From positions 32,001 to 96,000 of the forward strand of contig JAZJZK010000015.1 of the NCBI GenBank assembly GCA_040389905.1: a stretch of DNA of 64,000 nt. The letters are read 5' to 3'. This DNA is from Gemmatimonadota bacterium. Its GTDB lineage: Bacteria; Gemmatimonadota; Gemmatimonadetes; Gemmatimonadales; Gemmatimonadaceae. The notes below the pieces were generated by a model that did no database searches, was not told where the DNA came from, and saw only the letters and a list, made by a program, of their open reading frames with translations. The position numbers and the translations under genes are program-made. This document shows, piece after piece, positions 18,486 through 27,883 of the stretch. Every line of letters starts with the position of its first letter. Positions within the stretch are counted from its first letter, which is position 1.

Positions 18486-19820
18486 TCAGCGTAAGTACGG
18501 TGCGAGGTTCCCGGCAATCGCTCGGAACTCCGCGGAGTCGAGTGGTAGGAGATGAAACGTCTCCCAAGCCTTTCCTGGTGATTCGACGCCGTCGACCGCG
18601 AACAGCATCCGCCCGATTCCGATCTGCCGGATTCGCCGAACAATGAGCTGAGTCGTGGCGGCCGGCAAACCGGGGCTCGCGATCGCCGCGAGATCGAAGT
18701 ACAGATTCGCCGTCCGTCGGTCGCCCGACGCGATCGCCTCGGCGAATACGCTCAGGGCCTGGTCCGTTGCGTCGTCGTATCCGCCCCAGCCCGCCAAGTG
18801 CGCGATCTGCACAGGGACGTCAGGGGCTTCGGCAAGGACGTCTCGCAGAAAGATCTCCGCGTCGGCACGTCCATATGCGGGGTTCATCGTGCGCATGTGG
18901 ACGATAATCGGATAGCGCCGCGCGTTCGCCGACCGGAAAATGGCACGCAGCCGATCAACGTGTGCCCGATTCCGCAGATCGACGAAGGAGGTGGTGAAGT
19001 GCATCTTCACGCCCGTCATGCGCGGGTCTCTCATGCAACGGTCGAGCTCCTCGAGGGCGTACTCTTTCAGCGGATTGAAGCTGCAGAAACCGACGAGCCG
19101 ACTTGGATAGCGGGCTACCTGTTCGGCGACCCAGTCGTTTTCAGCGCGCACGCGCGCCACTTCGTTCTCGATCCGCCGGTACGCTGCTCCGTACATATAG
19201 GCATTCGATAGCGCCACGCCGCGCCGCATGCCCGCAGAATCGAGCTGTGCGATGAGGTCACCGGCGGAAAACGGATCGCGGTCTGGGGGTCGCGGGGGAG
19301 TGGTGTTGCCAAGGCGGGCAACGGTGATTTGCCATGGCGCGTCTTTGGCTCGGCGCACGGTGAGAACGTACCGGCCCTGGTCGACCCACGTGGTGTCGCG
19401 ATAGAAACCGTACGCACCGGCAATGTAGCCGAGCCGTTCGTCCGTTTCGAACGCTTGCGGGCGCATCCGAAGACCGCCGGCCCGACCCACCAACATCATG
19501 CGAATCGCCGGCCGTCCCTGAATCCAGTCATCTCCCCATTGGAGGATCCCATCCTCGGCGAATACTTCCGACAGTGCGATCTTGTTGTCCGCGGCCTGCC
19601 AGCCGCGCTCGAATTCGCGAAGCACGCGGTCGAGATCATTGGGTAGCGTGACGAATGGGAGCTGCGCGTTGAACAACTCCCAATCCGCGCGGCTCTGCAG
19701 ATGGACGTGGTGGTCGGCGATGGGACGCACCGCAGGCGTGACCTGCGCGCGAAGAGGCTGCCCCGCTCGCGCGAGCGTCACGGCGAGGAGCAGGCCGACG
19801 TAGCGAGAGAGGAGTCTCAT
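18486..19820 (-). CDS. Secreted amidohydrolase_2-family protein with inserted NTF2-like domain
   Basis: Signal peptide; DHHVH, ENDWVA, GFCSFNPL, GVKMH, VHMR, AHLAGWG, LYFD. Confidence 0.8.
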   Translation of the reverse strand: MRLLSRYVGLLLAVTLARAGQPLRAQVTPAVRPIADHHVHLQSRADWELFNAQLPFVTLPNDLDRVLREFERGWQAADNKIALSEVFAEDGILQWGDDWIQGRPAIRMMLVGRAGGLRMRPQAFETDERLGYIAGAYGFYRDTTWVDQGRYVLTVRRAKDAPWQITVARLGNTTPPRPPDRDPFSAGDLIAQLDSAGMRRGVALSNAYMYGAAYRRIENEVARVRAENDWVAEQVARYPSRLVGFCSFNPLKEYALEELDRCMRDPRMTGVKMHFTTSFVDLRNRAHVDRLRAIFRSANARRYPIIVHMRTMNPAYGRADAEIFLRDVLAEAPDVPVQIAHLAGWGGYDDATDQALSVFAEAIASGDRRTANLYFDLAAIASPGLPAATTQLIVRRIRQIGIGRMLFAVDGVESPGKAWETFHLLPLDSAEFRAIAGNLAPYLR

Positions 19821-19863
19821 CGGTCGCACTTGAATCGAGCGTGAGGGTAAAAGCGTTTGGTCG

Positions 19864-19930
19864 GCCTAAACGCCCAAGTTCACTTGCAAAGGAACACAAG
19901 GAACACACAAAACGCGAGCGCAGCGAGCTA
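19864..19930 (-). other. Degenerate attC right half
   Basis: Minus strand ...GCAAGTGAAC-TTGGGC-GTTTAGGC (L', 6 nt, R' with extra T) just upstream of amidohydrolase; matching left arm not found. Confidence 0.5.
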
Positions 19931-20267
19931 CCAGAGCGGTGTGCCCAGCATGATAATCGACTTGGAGGTGAAAGTCCTCTGGGAAGTTGGTTGCAACGAC
20001 CCGAGTGAACCGCAAAGGCGGAGAATCGCGAGTGACTCGCTGAAAGCAGTAGGGCGCAAGATCGCGCTGTGCGGCGGAGCTGGACGCCGCCGACGATCGG
20101 CTCCTCGCGCTGGCGAACGACCATCCCGCCGTGACGCGACTCCGTTCGATGCTACGTATCGGCCCGATCACGGCGCAGCCGCCGCCACCGAAACGTGCAC
20201 GTCTGCCGCAACGAGTCTTATACAGCGCTGCACTCGAGGTTGTCGTCATTGTCCGGCGACGAGGAGC

Positions 20268-20780
20268 CTATTTCCGAGAGCGCCCGGCGCCTCGTGGGCG
20301 ACACACACGTGCAGCAAGATCCCTCCGGACGGACAGATCCCAAGCGCCGTTCGCGGCCCGGCTCGTTGATGGAGCGACGAAGAGCACGGTGCGACCGAGG
20401 CGGGCGGGCTGAACGCCGTACTCGATCTCCTGGCGCCGAAAGAATTCCTGCGCGGCGCGCTTCCCGTTGAAGCACAGATACCACGGCTGGTAGCTCATGA
20501 TCTTCCTGCGGAACGTTAGCGCATCAGCGATAGTGAACTGGAGGTCACGATCGCTGCCCGACTGATGCTTGACGAGATCCGTCAGGCCGATGCCGAAGCT
20601 CAGTAGACGCTCAAAGTCCGCCGGGACGAGTCGTTCGGGCGTCAAGCCAACATCTGCGAGCGTGGGCCAGAAGCGATTGCCTGGCCCCGCGTAGTACTGG
20701 CCGAGCTGCGCGGACGGTGTGCCAGCGCCCGTTCCGAAGGCAACGAGGTTCAGATGCCGCGCAAGCAGATCGGGAAGCAT
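20268..20780 (-). CDS. mug: G/U mismatch-specific DNA glycosylase (UDG family 2)
   Basis: LPDLL, YYAGPGNRFW..L...GLT, GIGLTDLVK, FNGK, PSTS.AAN. Confidence 0.8.
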   Translation of the reverse strand: MLPDLLARHLNLVAFGTGAGTPSAQLGQYYAGPGNRFWPTLADVGLTPERLVPADFERLLSFGIGLTDLVKHQSGSDRDLQFTIADALTFRRKIMSYQPWYLCFNGKRAAQEFFRRQEIEYGVQPARLGRTVLFVAPSTSRAANGAWDLSVRRDLAARVCRPRGAGRSRK

Positions 20781-20789
20781 CGAGAAGAA

Positions 20790-21145
20790 ATGGGTGCTGT
20801 ATGACGCCTCAAGCAAAGCTTCAAGGCTTCCAACAAAATGCGAGCGAAGCGAGCTTCCGCACATTGCCGCATCGGACCCAGAGAACGCGAGGCGGTGGGC
20901 CACGCTGATCGAGCAGGCGGACGAAATCGTCATCCCTTGGTGATCACTACGTCAGCCGCAGTCCGAGCCGCCTCGAAGATCGGCGGATCATCCGCTTGGT
21001 GGAGCCCGAGCGTCTGCACGTGAATCGCGTCGATGCCGAATTCACGCCGGAGCCAGTGCGCCAAGGCGGGTGGCAACTGCGCATCCACCCAGACGCGCAA
21101 CCCCGACGGATCCGCGCCGCGGTCCTCGGTGGTGCTTCCCGTCAC
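20790..21145 (-). pseudogene. DUF5615 PIN-like toxin, frameshifted
   Basis: WVDAQLPPALA..ADD..IF..VITK then an extra G near 20935; shifted frame continues DDDFVRLL..GPPPRVLWVRCGN. Confidence 0.8.
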
Positions 21146-21388
21146 TCAGGCGGCCAGATGCGGATGGTCCAGGCGGCGGGCGGCATAGAGCAGGGACGCG
21201 GAAATGTCATCGGGCTCCAAATACGGATAGTCCGCGAGAATCTGCTCGTGCGATTCGCCGGCAGCCAAGAGCTCTAGCACATCGATGACGCGGATGCGCA
21301 TGCCGCGAATGCACGGGCGCCCCCCACATTGCTGGGGGTTGATCGTGATACGCTCGAGGAGCGAAGTGGGGTTCACGACGCTGGTCAT
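21146..21388 (-). CDS. DUF433 antitoxin
   Basis: RITINPQQCGGRPCIRGMRIRV..VLELLAAGES.EQILADYPYLEPDDI. Confidence 0.92.
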   Translation of the reverse strand: MTSVVNPTSLLERITINPQQCGGRPCIRGMRIRVIDVLELLAAGESHEQILADYPYLEPDDISASLLYAARRLDHPHLAA

Positions 21389-21544
21389 CAGAGTATCCGG
21401 TCAGGTGCCGACGACGGGTCTGGAAAAGATACGCAACCTGCAGGACTCGCGCCTAGGTGGGGCGGACGGCCGGCCGACTCAGCGTCACCCGATAGCGGCG
21501 AGGCGGCGCACCATCCCTACGTCAATGTCCGTGGCCAAATAGAA

Positions 21545-21818
21545 GTTATGACTGGGCTGGCCTCCAACTTTCGCGTGGGTCAATTCCTCGCGCGTTGAGA
21601 CGAAGTCACCAGAGCCACCTGCGACGATTGTTCTGTCGCACCTTTACGGAGACCAACCCATGTCATCACTCGTTGCGGCAGGACCGACGGCTGTTGCGCG
21701 CCCTATGATCTACCTCGGCATGGAGGGCGCGCCTGGGCTCGATTACGAAGGCGGGCAATAGCCACTGCCGCCACGTGTTGATTCAAGCGGCGTGGAGCTA
21801 TCGGCATCGGCCGCAGAT
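21545..21818 (+). mobile_element. Internally deleted IS110-family remnant
   Basis: ATG 21660 reads ...MIYLGME (RuvC-like N-terminus), joined out of frame to RLGSITKAGNSHCRHVLIQAAWSYRH (IS110 C-terminal motif); structured upstream end. Confidence 0.75.
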
Positions 21819-22150
21819 CAGCGTTGACCGCAAAAAGTCGAGGTCCTTCACGCGGAGCGTCAATGACTCCATGAGCCGGAGCCCGGATCCATACATCAAC
21901 ATCACGGCGAGTCGCTTCGCCCGACGGACTGGGCGCAGCACCGCGGCGAATTCGATCCGTGCCAATACAACAGAACCCGGCGAGGACGAGAGGCAGGGTG
22001 ACGCCCTCCGGCGCCGCCAGCGGCGTCTTGCGCACATGGCGGCAATAGAATGCGGGCCGAGCGCGCCTGATGCTGCGTCGCTTCGGTGACACGTCCGCAA
22101 ATCGCCGGTGCCGTAAGAAAGGCGGCGACGGCGGTGAAATGATCAGGGCG
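21815..22150 (-). pseudogene. intI: Integron integrase fragment, frameshifted and truncated
   Basis: AVAAFLTAPAICGRVTEATQHQARSA / FYCRHV / VVLARIEF..RLAVMLMYGSGLRLMESLTLRVKDLDF in successive frames. Confidence 0.8.
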
Positions 22151-22159
22151 ACAATGTGC

Positions 22160-22888
22160 CTAACGCGTTGCAGCGTACGTCGAGCACATTGATCGCACGG
22201 GACACACGGCGCAGTGCGCAACACGCGCCGTACAAACCAGTGCCCCAAGCTCCATCAGCGCCTGATTGTGCGTCCACGTCGCCTTTCCGGTGCGAGGCAG
22301 CACGGCGCGCGCGATCGCCCATAAGGTCTTCTGGCCGGAGCCTGATTTGATTACGACGTCCGGTGCAAAGACTCGCTTCAGGACGCGCGCGACGTTCGTG
22401 TCGACAAGCTCCGCACGGCGCTCGTAGGCGAACGAGCTCACGGCGCCTGCGGTATAGGCACCCACGCCGGGCAACTCTCTAAGATCGGCGGCGTCGGGCG
22501 GAAGCACGCCGTAGACGTTTCGACCGCTGTCGGTCACGACCTTCGCCAACGCGTGAAGGTTCCGCGCTCTCGCATAGTAGCCGAGCCCCGACCACGCTTC
22601 GGTCACGCGCTTGGGGCGTGCGCGCGCGATGTCGTGGAGTGTTGGGAAAGTCTCGAGAAACTCCGCATACTTGGGCACGACGCGCGACACCTGCGTCTGT
22701 TGGAGCATCAACTCGGAGACGAGGATGTGATACGGATCGCGCGTCTTCCGCCATGGGAGATCGCGTCCATTCGCGCGGAACCAGCGACGAAGCGCGGCTC
22801 CAAACTTTAGTGCGCGCGCTGGGTCGACGACGACGGCGTCACCAGCGGCGCGCTTGCCGCGTGGCGTTCGCCTTACTGCGGAGTCCAC
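22160..22888 (-). CDS. mutY: A/G-specific adenine glycosylase, catalytic domain only
   Basis: RDLPWR..DPY..VSELMLQQTQV, WSGLGYYARARNL, LPGVGAYTA, VDTNVARV, CX6CX2CX5C. Confidence 0.9.
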   Translation of the reverse strand: MDSAVRRTPRGKRAAGDAVVVDPARALKFGAALRRWFRANGRDLPWRKTRDPYHILVSELMLQQTQVSRVVPKYAEFLETFPTLHDIARARPKRVTEAWSGLGYYARARNLHALAKVVTDSGRNVYGVLPPDAADLRELPGVGAYTAGAVSSFAYERRAELVDTNVARVLKRVFAPDVVIKSGSGQKTLWAIARAVLPRTGKATWTHNQALMELGALVCTARVAHCAVCPVRSMCSTYAATR

Positions 22889-23526
22889 GATGGCGCGGAG
22901 GTGAACAAGCCGTCGACGAATCCGATGCGGTGTGCGAGGAACAACCCGAAGCCGATGCTTGCGACACCCGAGGCAATCCGCAAGGTGCGATTCAATCCGG
23001 CGAACTTGTGCGTCGCGAGGAGGGCCGGCGCGGCGATCGATGCGGTGATGAGCAGCATTCCGACAATCGTCCCCACGCCGAACACGCCGAGGTAGACCAT
23101 CGCCCAGAGTGGGTTGGGAATCAGCGCAACCTGCGGCAGCGTCGCGACGGCCGCGGAGCCAGCAAGGCCGTGCACGAAGCCCACCGTGAGTGGGCGCGCC
23201 GTGCTGTCGGCCACTCGCCGCTCGCCACCCGCGAGGGTAAGGAGGCCAAGGACGACAAGCATCACGGCGACGGCGAATTCCAAGGTGAGTCCGACGCGCG
23301 CGGGAATGGCGCTGAGCTGCACCTTGAGGACGATGATCGCGCCGCCGACAAGCACGATGGTCGCCGTGTGGCCGATGCCCCAGAGCATGCCGGTCCGCGC
23401 GGCACGCCATACGGACCTCTGCTGTGTGACGATCGTCGTGACGGCAACGACGTGATCCGGATCGGTAGCGTGGCGCATGCCGAGTAGGAACCCGAGCACG
23501 ACGACGGCGAGCAGGGCGCTCAGCAT
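22873..23526 (-). CDS. Nickel/cobalt permease (UreH/NiCoT-like)
   Basis: LGMRHATDPDHVVAV, WGIGHT, GFVHGLAGS. Confidence 0.85.
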   Translation of the reverse strand: MLSALLAVVVLGFLLGMRHATDPDHVVAVTTIVTQQRSVWRAARTGMLWGIGHTATIVLVGGAIIVLKVQLSAIPARVGLTLEFAVAVMLVVLGLLTLAGGERRVADSTARPLTVGFVHGLAGSAAVATLPQVALIPNPLWAMVYLGVFGVGTIVGMLLITASIAAPALLATHKFAGLNRTLRIASGVASIGFGLFLAHRIGFVDGLFTSAPSWTPQ

Positions 23527-23581
23527 TCGATCAGCGGGAGGTGCGGGCCCTTCGCGTTGCTCAGGGCGACAAAACGAACGG

Positions 23582-23995
23582 TCACAGCGGACGCGGATAG
23601 AAGCCGCGCGCCAACATCACACCCGCGAACGTGGCGAGAAGGGAAAGACCCACACTCGCCACGACATTCAGCGCGGCGAGACCGGTTCCGCCGTTCTCGA
23701 GCAACCCGATGGTATCGCCGCTGAACGACGAGAAGGTGGTATAGCCGCCACATAAACCGACGGCCAGCAACAGGCGGAGGTGCCGCGCGCCCTCACCATA
23801 TCGCGCGGACACGATCAGGATGACGCCGAGCAGGAAGGCACCCGTGACGTTCACCACGAGTGTGCCGATGGGGAAGGGCAGCCCGCCGCTCCGCGGCGCC
23901 CACGGGTCGAGCTGCCGTTGAACGACGTTGCCCACGATGTACCGAAGGACGCCTCCGGCAGCACTTCCGACTGCGATATAGATGTATGTCAGCAT
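23582..23995 (-). CDS. crcB: Fluoride channel Fluc
   Basis: GSAAGGVLRY, FPIGTLVVNVTGAF, GLCGGYTTFSSF. Confidence 0.95.
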   Translation of the reverse strand: MLTYIYIAVGSAAGGVLRYIVGNVVQRQLDPWAPRSGGLPFPIGTLVVNVTGAFLLGVILIVSARYGEGARHLRLLLAVGLCGGYTTFSSFSGDTIGLLENGGTGLAALNVVASVGLSLLATFAGVMLARGFYPRPL

Positions 23996-24042
23996 GAGTG
24001 TGCTTTGCGCATTTCAGGGACGGAATCTAATCTCCTTCTACC

Positions 24043-25014
24043 ATGACCGCCCCTATCAGCCTCAGCGATGTTCAGGATGCACGCGCGCGCCTCGCGCCCT
24101 ACCTCGTTCCCACGCCGCTCCGGCACTATCCCACCCTCGATGCGCTGATCCCTGGCGTGACCCTCTTGGTCAAGCACGAGAACGTGCAGCCGACGGGTTC
24201 GTTCAAGGTGAGAAATGGATTGGCGACCATTACGGCACTCGACGCAGGCGAACGCGCGCGCGGTGTCGTCGGCGCGACAACGGGCAATCACGGTCTCGGA
24301 CTCGCCTTCGCCGGTCGCCAACTCGGAGTGCCGGTCACAATCTGCGTCCCGAGTGGCAACAACCCGGAAAAGAACGCCGCACTCCGTGCGTGGGGCGCGT
24401 CGGTGATCGAACAGGGTGCGGACTACGATGAAGCGGTCGCGGTCTCGCAGCAGTTGGTGGAGGAGCGGGGGTTCACGCTGTGTCACTCCACGAACAACGT
24501 CAACGTGCTCGCCGGCGCCGGCACGATGACGCTCGAGATACTCGAGCAGACGCACGACCTCGACGTGCTGCTCATCGCCATTGGCGGCGGCTCGCAGGCC
24601 GTTGGGGCGATGACGGTCGCGCGCGAGTTGCATCCTCGGCTGCGCGTCATCGGCATTCAGGCGGCGGGCGCGTCGACGACGCATGACGGTTGGCACGCAA
24701 AAGAGGCGCGCCAGGGTTCCCGCGCGGACACTTTTGCCGAGGGTGTCGCGACGCGGTCGACGTACGAGCTCACATTTCCTGCGCTGGTCGACAGCCTCGC
24801 GGATTTCGTGACGGTCACCGACGCGGAGATTGCCGAGGCCGTTCGGCTGATCATTCCGGCAACGCATCATCTCGTCGAAGGCGCCGGTGCAATGGGTGTT
24901 GCCGCAGCGCTCAAGCTGCGCGAGCAACTGCAAGGTCAGCGCGTCGGCGTGGTGTTCTGTGGAGGGAACATGGATAGCGCTGTGTTGAGGCGAATACTCA
25001 ATCGGGAGATGTAG
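24043..25014 (+). CDS. PLP-dependent threonine/serine dehydratase
   Basis: KHENVQPTGSFKVRNG, TGNHG, IGGG, CGGN. Confidence 0.9.
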   Translation: MTAPISLSDVQDARARLAPYLVPTPLRHYPTLDALIPGVTLLVKHENVQPTGSFKVRNGLATITALDAGERARGVVGATTGNHGLGLAFAGRQLGVPVTICVPSGNNPEKNAALRAWGASVIEQGADYDEAVAVSQQLVEERGFTLCHSTNNVNVLAGAGTMTLEILEQTHDLDVLLIAIGGGSQAVGAMTVARELHPRLRVIGIQAAGASTTHDGWHAKEARQGSRADTFAEGVATRSTYELTFPALVDSLADFVTVTDAEIAEAVRLIIPATHHLVEGAGAMGVAAALKLREQLQGQRVGVVFCGGNMDSAVLRRILNREM

Positions 25015-25029
25015 GAAAGGGGACAGGAA

Positions 25030-26310
25030 TCAGCTCACCTTCCTCGTCTTCCGCTTCAGGAAGTCCATCAGGATGAACTGACCCAAGGTCATCGTCGTCG
25101 TGAAGTACGCCTTGCCGCGGCTGATCTCGCTCATCCGCTTCACGAACTCCACCAGCGCACGGTCGCGCGCGAGCATGAACGTGTTGATCACGATCCCGGA
25201 CTTCCGGCACGACGCCACTTCCTGAAGCGTCTTCTCGATCACCGTGATGTCGAGGCCGTACGCGTTCTTGTAGATCTGCCCATCCGGCATCGTCAATGCG
25301 CTCGGCTTGCCGTCCGTGATCATGATGATCTGGCGCATGTCCTTCTTCTGCGCCATCAACAGTCGCCGCGCGAGTTTCAGTCCCTCCGCCGTGTTGGTGT
25401 GGTACGGCCCAACCTGCGCACTCGCGAGCGTCGCGAGGGGAATCTCCTCCGCGGAGTCGTGAAACAGCACGACCTTGATGGAGTCGCCGGGAAATTGCGT
25501 GCGAATGAGGTGCGTGAGCGCGAGCGCCACCTTCTTCGCCGGTGTGAAGCGGTCTTCGCCGTACAGGATCATCGAGTGCGAGCAATCGAGCATCAGCACG
25601 GTCGCGCAGCTCGACCGATACTCCGCCTGGCGCACCATCAAGTCGCTGTAGTCGAGGTCCATCGGAACTTCGATCTTCCCCGTGCGAATCAGCGAGTTCT
25701 TCAGCGTCTCGTTGACGTCGATATTCAGAACGTCACCGAATTCATATTGCTTGCTCCAGCCGTCCGCCTCGATGCCCGTCGCCAGGTACGGTGTGTCGTG
25801 GCTCCCGAAACTCGACTTGCCGAGTGAGCCGAGGAGTCCGCGAAGGGTCTTGTAGCCGAGGAAGTCGATACCCTTTTCGGTGAGGTTGAAGTTCACGTCG
25901 CGCGCGGCAGCGTGTGCCATCGAACCCTTCCCTTCGACCGCCTGGTGGCCGGCGGGCATCTTCGGCGGGGTCTCGAGGTTGAGATACCCTTCCTTGACCA
26001 GACGCTGGACGAGGTCGTCGAGCAGCTTGGCGAGCTTCGCCTGCGCCTCTTCGTCGCCGCCGCCACGCAGGGCTTCGAGCATCTCGGGAGTGAACTGTCC
26101 ACTCTCCAGGAGCGCGTCGAGAATCGCTTGCCGAAGTGCTTCGAGGGAGCGATCACCGGGCTCGTCGAAGCCCATGCCGTAGTATGGCTGGCCCTCACCG
26201 CCCGCGAATCCCGATTGCAGCAGGAAGTCGGCGAGCTTGTCGAGTAGCGCCTGAAGATCGACCGCGTCGGCCATCTCCGGCGAAAATTTGCTGTATGTAT
26301 GGAACCGCAT
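25030..26310 (-). CDS. VWA-domain protein
   Basis: [27 protein letters not shown]. Confidence 0.85.
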   Translation of the reverse strand: MRFHTYSKFSPEMADAVDLQALLDKLADFLLQSGFAGGEGQPYYGMGFDEPGDRSLEALRQAILDALLESGQFTPEMLEALRGGGDEEAQAKLAKLLDDLVQRLVKEGYLNLETPPKMPAGHQAVEGKGSMAHAAARDVNFNLTEKGIDFLGYKTLRGLLGSLGKSSFGSHDTPYLATGIEADGWSKQYEFGDVLNIDVNETLKNSLIRTGKIEVPMDLDYSDLMVRQAEYRSSCATVLMLDCSHSMILYGEDRFTPAKKVALALTHLIRTQFPGDSIKVVLFHDSAEEIPLATLASAQVGPYHTNTAEGLKLARRLLMAQKKDMRQIIMITDGKPSALTMPDGQIYKNAYGLDITVIEKTLQEVASCRKSGIVINTFMLARDRALVEFVKRMSEISRGKAYFTTTMTLGQFILMDFLKRKTRKVS

Positions 26311-26312
26311 AA

Positions 26313-26346
26313 GTGCAGATCCCTCGACTTCGCTCGGGGTGACAAC
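26313..26346. repeat. GTCA/CGTC-type REP; family copies at 102-137, 3673-3735, 23538-23572, 51678-51711, 58194-58236
   Basis: Minus strand GTTGTCACCCCGAGCGAAGTCGAGGGATCTGCAC; 33/34 identical to 51678-51711. Confidence 0.85.
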
Positions 26347-26430
26347 CATCGGTGATGCGCCCCAATCCCACTTTCAATATTGCCCCGGGGACTCCCGCGA
26401 GCAAAGGCTCTCCGGGCCTATATTTCACTT

Positions 26431-27657
26431 GTGCCTTCGGCGACGTCGATCAATCCGTTTCGCGTCCTGCTCCGCCATCGGAACTTCCGCCTGTTTCTGA
26501 TCGGGCAGACGTTGTCGCTCATCGGCACCTGGATGCAGACGATGGCGCTCGGCTGGCTGACGCTGGAGTTGACGAACAGTGCGTTCCTCGTCGGACTGGT
26601 CGCCACGGCGTCGTCCATTCCGATCCTGATCTTCACGCTGCCCGCCGGCGCCCTGGTCGACCGCTCGGACAAGCTGAAGCTGGTGCGCGGCGCGCAGATG
26701 GCATTTCTGGTTGACGCGATGCTGCTGTGGTGGCTGGCGTATTCCGGTCACGCCACGGTCGAATGGCTCCTGTTGCTGGCATTCATCAGCGGGTTGATCT
26801 CGTCGGTCGAGATTCCCGCCCGCCAGTCCATGTTCATCGACCTCGTGGGTCGAGAGGACCTGCCGGAAGCGATCGCATTGAACTCGAGTGGATTCAATCT
26901 CGCCCGCGTCGTCGGCCCGGGGCTCGCGGCGGCGACGATTTCCAGTCTCGGCATCGCGTGGTGCTTCTTCCTGAACGCTGCCAGCTTCGTCACGGTGCTG
27001 ATTGGGTTGTTCATGATCCATCTGCCAAAATGGGTGCCGCGCACGCATACGATCAGCCCGTGGGAGGGCGTGCTGCAGGCGCTCCGTTACATGCGCGACA
27101 CGCCGAGAGTGCGCGCGTTGATGACGATGGTGACGGTTTATTCGATCCTCGGCATTCCGGTTATGGCGCTGATGCCGGTGGTCGCGCGAGAGATGTTCGG
27201 ACTCGGCTCGTCAGGCTACGGCCTTCTCCTCTCGTGCCTCGGGATTGGTGGACTTAGCGGCGCACTCGCGTTGGCAGGAGTGGGCTACCGGTTCTCGCGG
27301 ATCAAGTTGTTGCGCGTGGCGTCGATGGCGTGGCCGGTGCTGCTCATCACGTTCTCGCTGAACCGTGTGCCCTGGATTGCGTACGTGCTCCTATTGGCGA
27401 TCGGGTGCACGATGATCCTGAATGGAGCGATCACCAACGGACTGCTCCAGTCGATCGTGCCCGATGCGCTTCGTGGACGAATGATGGCCGCGTATGGGTT
27501 GGTCGTCGTCGGGCTCGCCCAGGTTGTGGGCGCATTCGTTGGTGGCGTCGTCGCGCATGCCATCGGCGTCGCGCAGTCGATCGGTGGGGGAGGGGCGCTG
27601 ATGTTGTTGTTCGGCCTGTGGACGTTCTTCAAGAGGCCGGAGTTGCGAGCGCTCTGA
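26431..27657 (+). CDS. MFS transporter
   Basis: RNFRLF.IGQ..S.IGTWMQ, AGALVDR, PARQS, NLARVVGP, LRGRMM. Confidence 0.92.
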   Translation: MPSATSINPFRVLLRHRNFRLFLIGQTLSLIGTWMQTMALGWLTLELTNSAFLVGLVATASSIPILIFTLPAGALVDRSDKLKLVRGAQMAFLVDAMLLWWLAYSGHATVEWLLLLAFISGLISSVEIPARQSMFIDLVGREDLPEAIALNSSGFNLARVVGPGLAAATISSLGIAWCFFLNAASFVTVLIGLFMIHLPKWVPRTHTISPWEGVLQALRYMRDTPRVRALMTMVTVYSILGIPVMALMPVVAREMFGLGSSGYGLLLSCLGIGGLSGALALAGVGYRFSRIKLLRVASMAWPVLLITFSLNRVPWIAYVLLLAIGCTMILNGAITNGLLQSIVPDALRGRMMAAYGLVVVGLAQVVGAFVGGVVAHAIGVAQSIGGGGALMLLFGLWTFFKRPELRAL

Positions 27658-27690
27658 GTTGCACGATCGGCCACGGGCGGAACCGCAACC

Positions 27691-27797
27691 AACAATGAAG
27701 CAGATTCTGCGGACTGATCGGATAGCTGCTGATAAAGCAGCTTCAACTTCTGGCAATCAGCCCAATCCGACCAATCCGTACAATCTGCTTCATTGTT
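27691..27797. repeat. Palindromic element related to the GxxExxY inverted repeats
   Basis: Perfect 16-bp ends AACAATGAAGCAGATT / AATCTGCTTCATTGTT; internal CGGAT units; between convergent genes. Confidence 0.75.
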
Positions 27798-27883
27798 CCT
27801 TGAAAGGGCGATCCTCCCAAGACGATGCGCAACCGCTATCCGCCATCCGTAAAGTGGATAGCGGACAGCGGACAGCAGACAGA

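Noticed and set aside
22889..23410. Long N-terminal extension of MutY
   Set aside because: Overlaps the nickel permease gene in another frame
23996..24042. Fluoride riboswitch before crcB
   Set aside because: Gap is only 47 bp and no consensus was recognised
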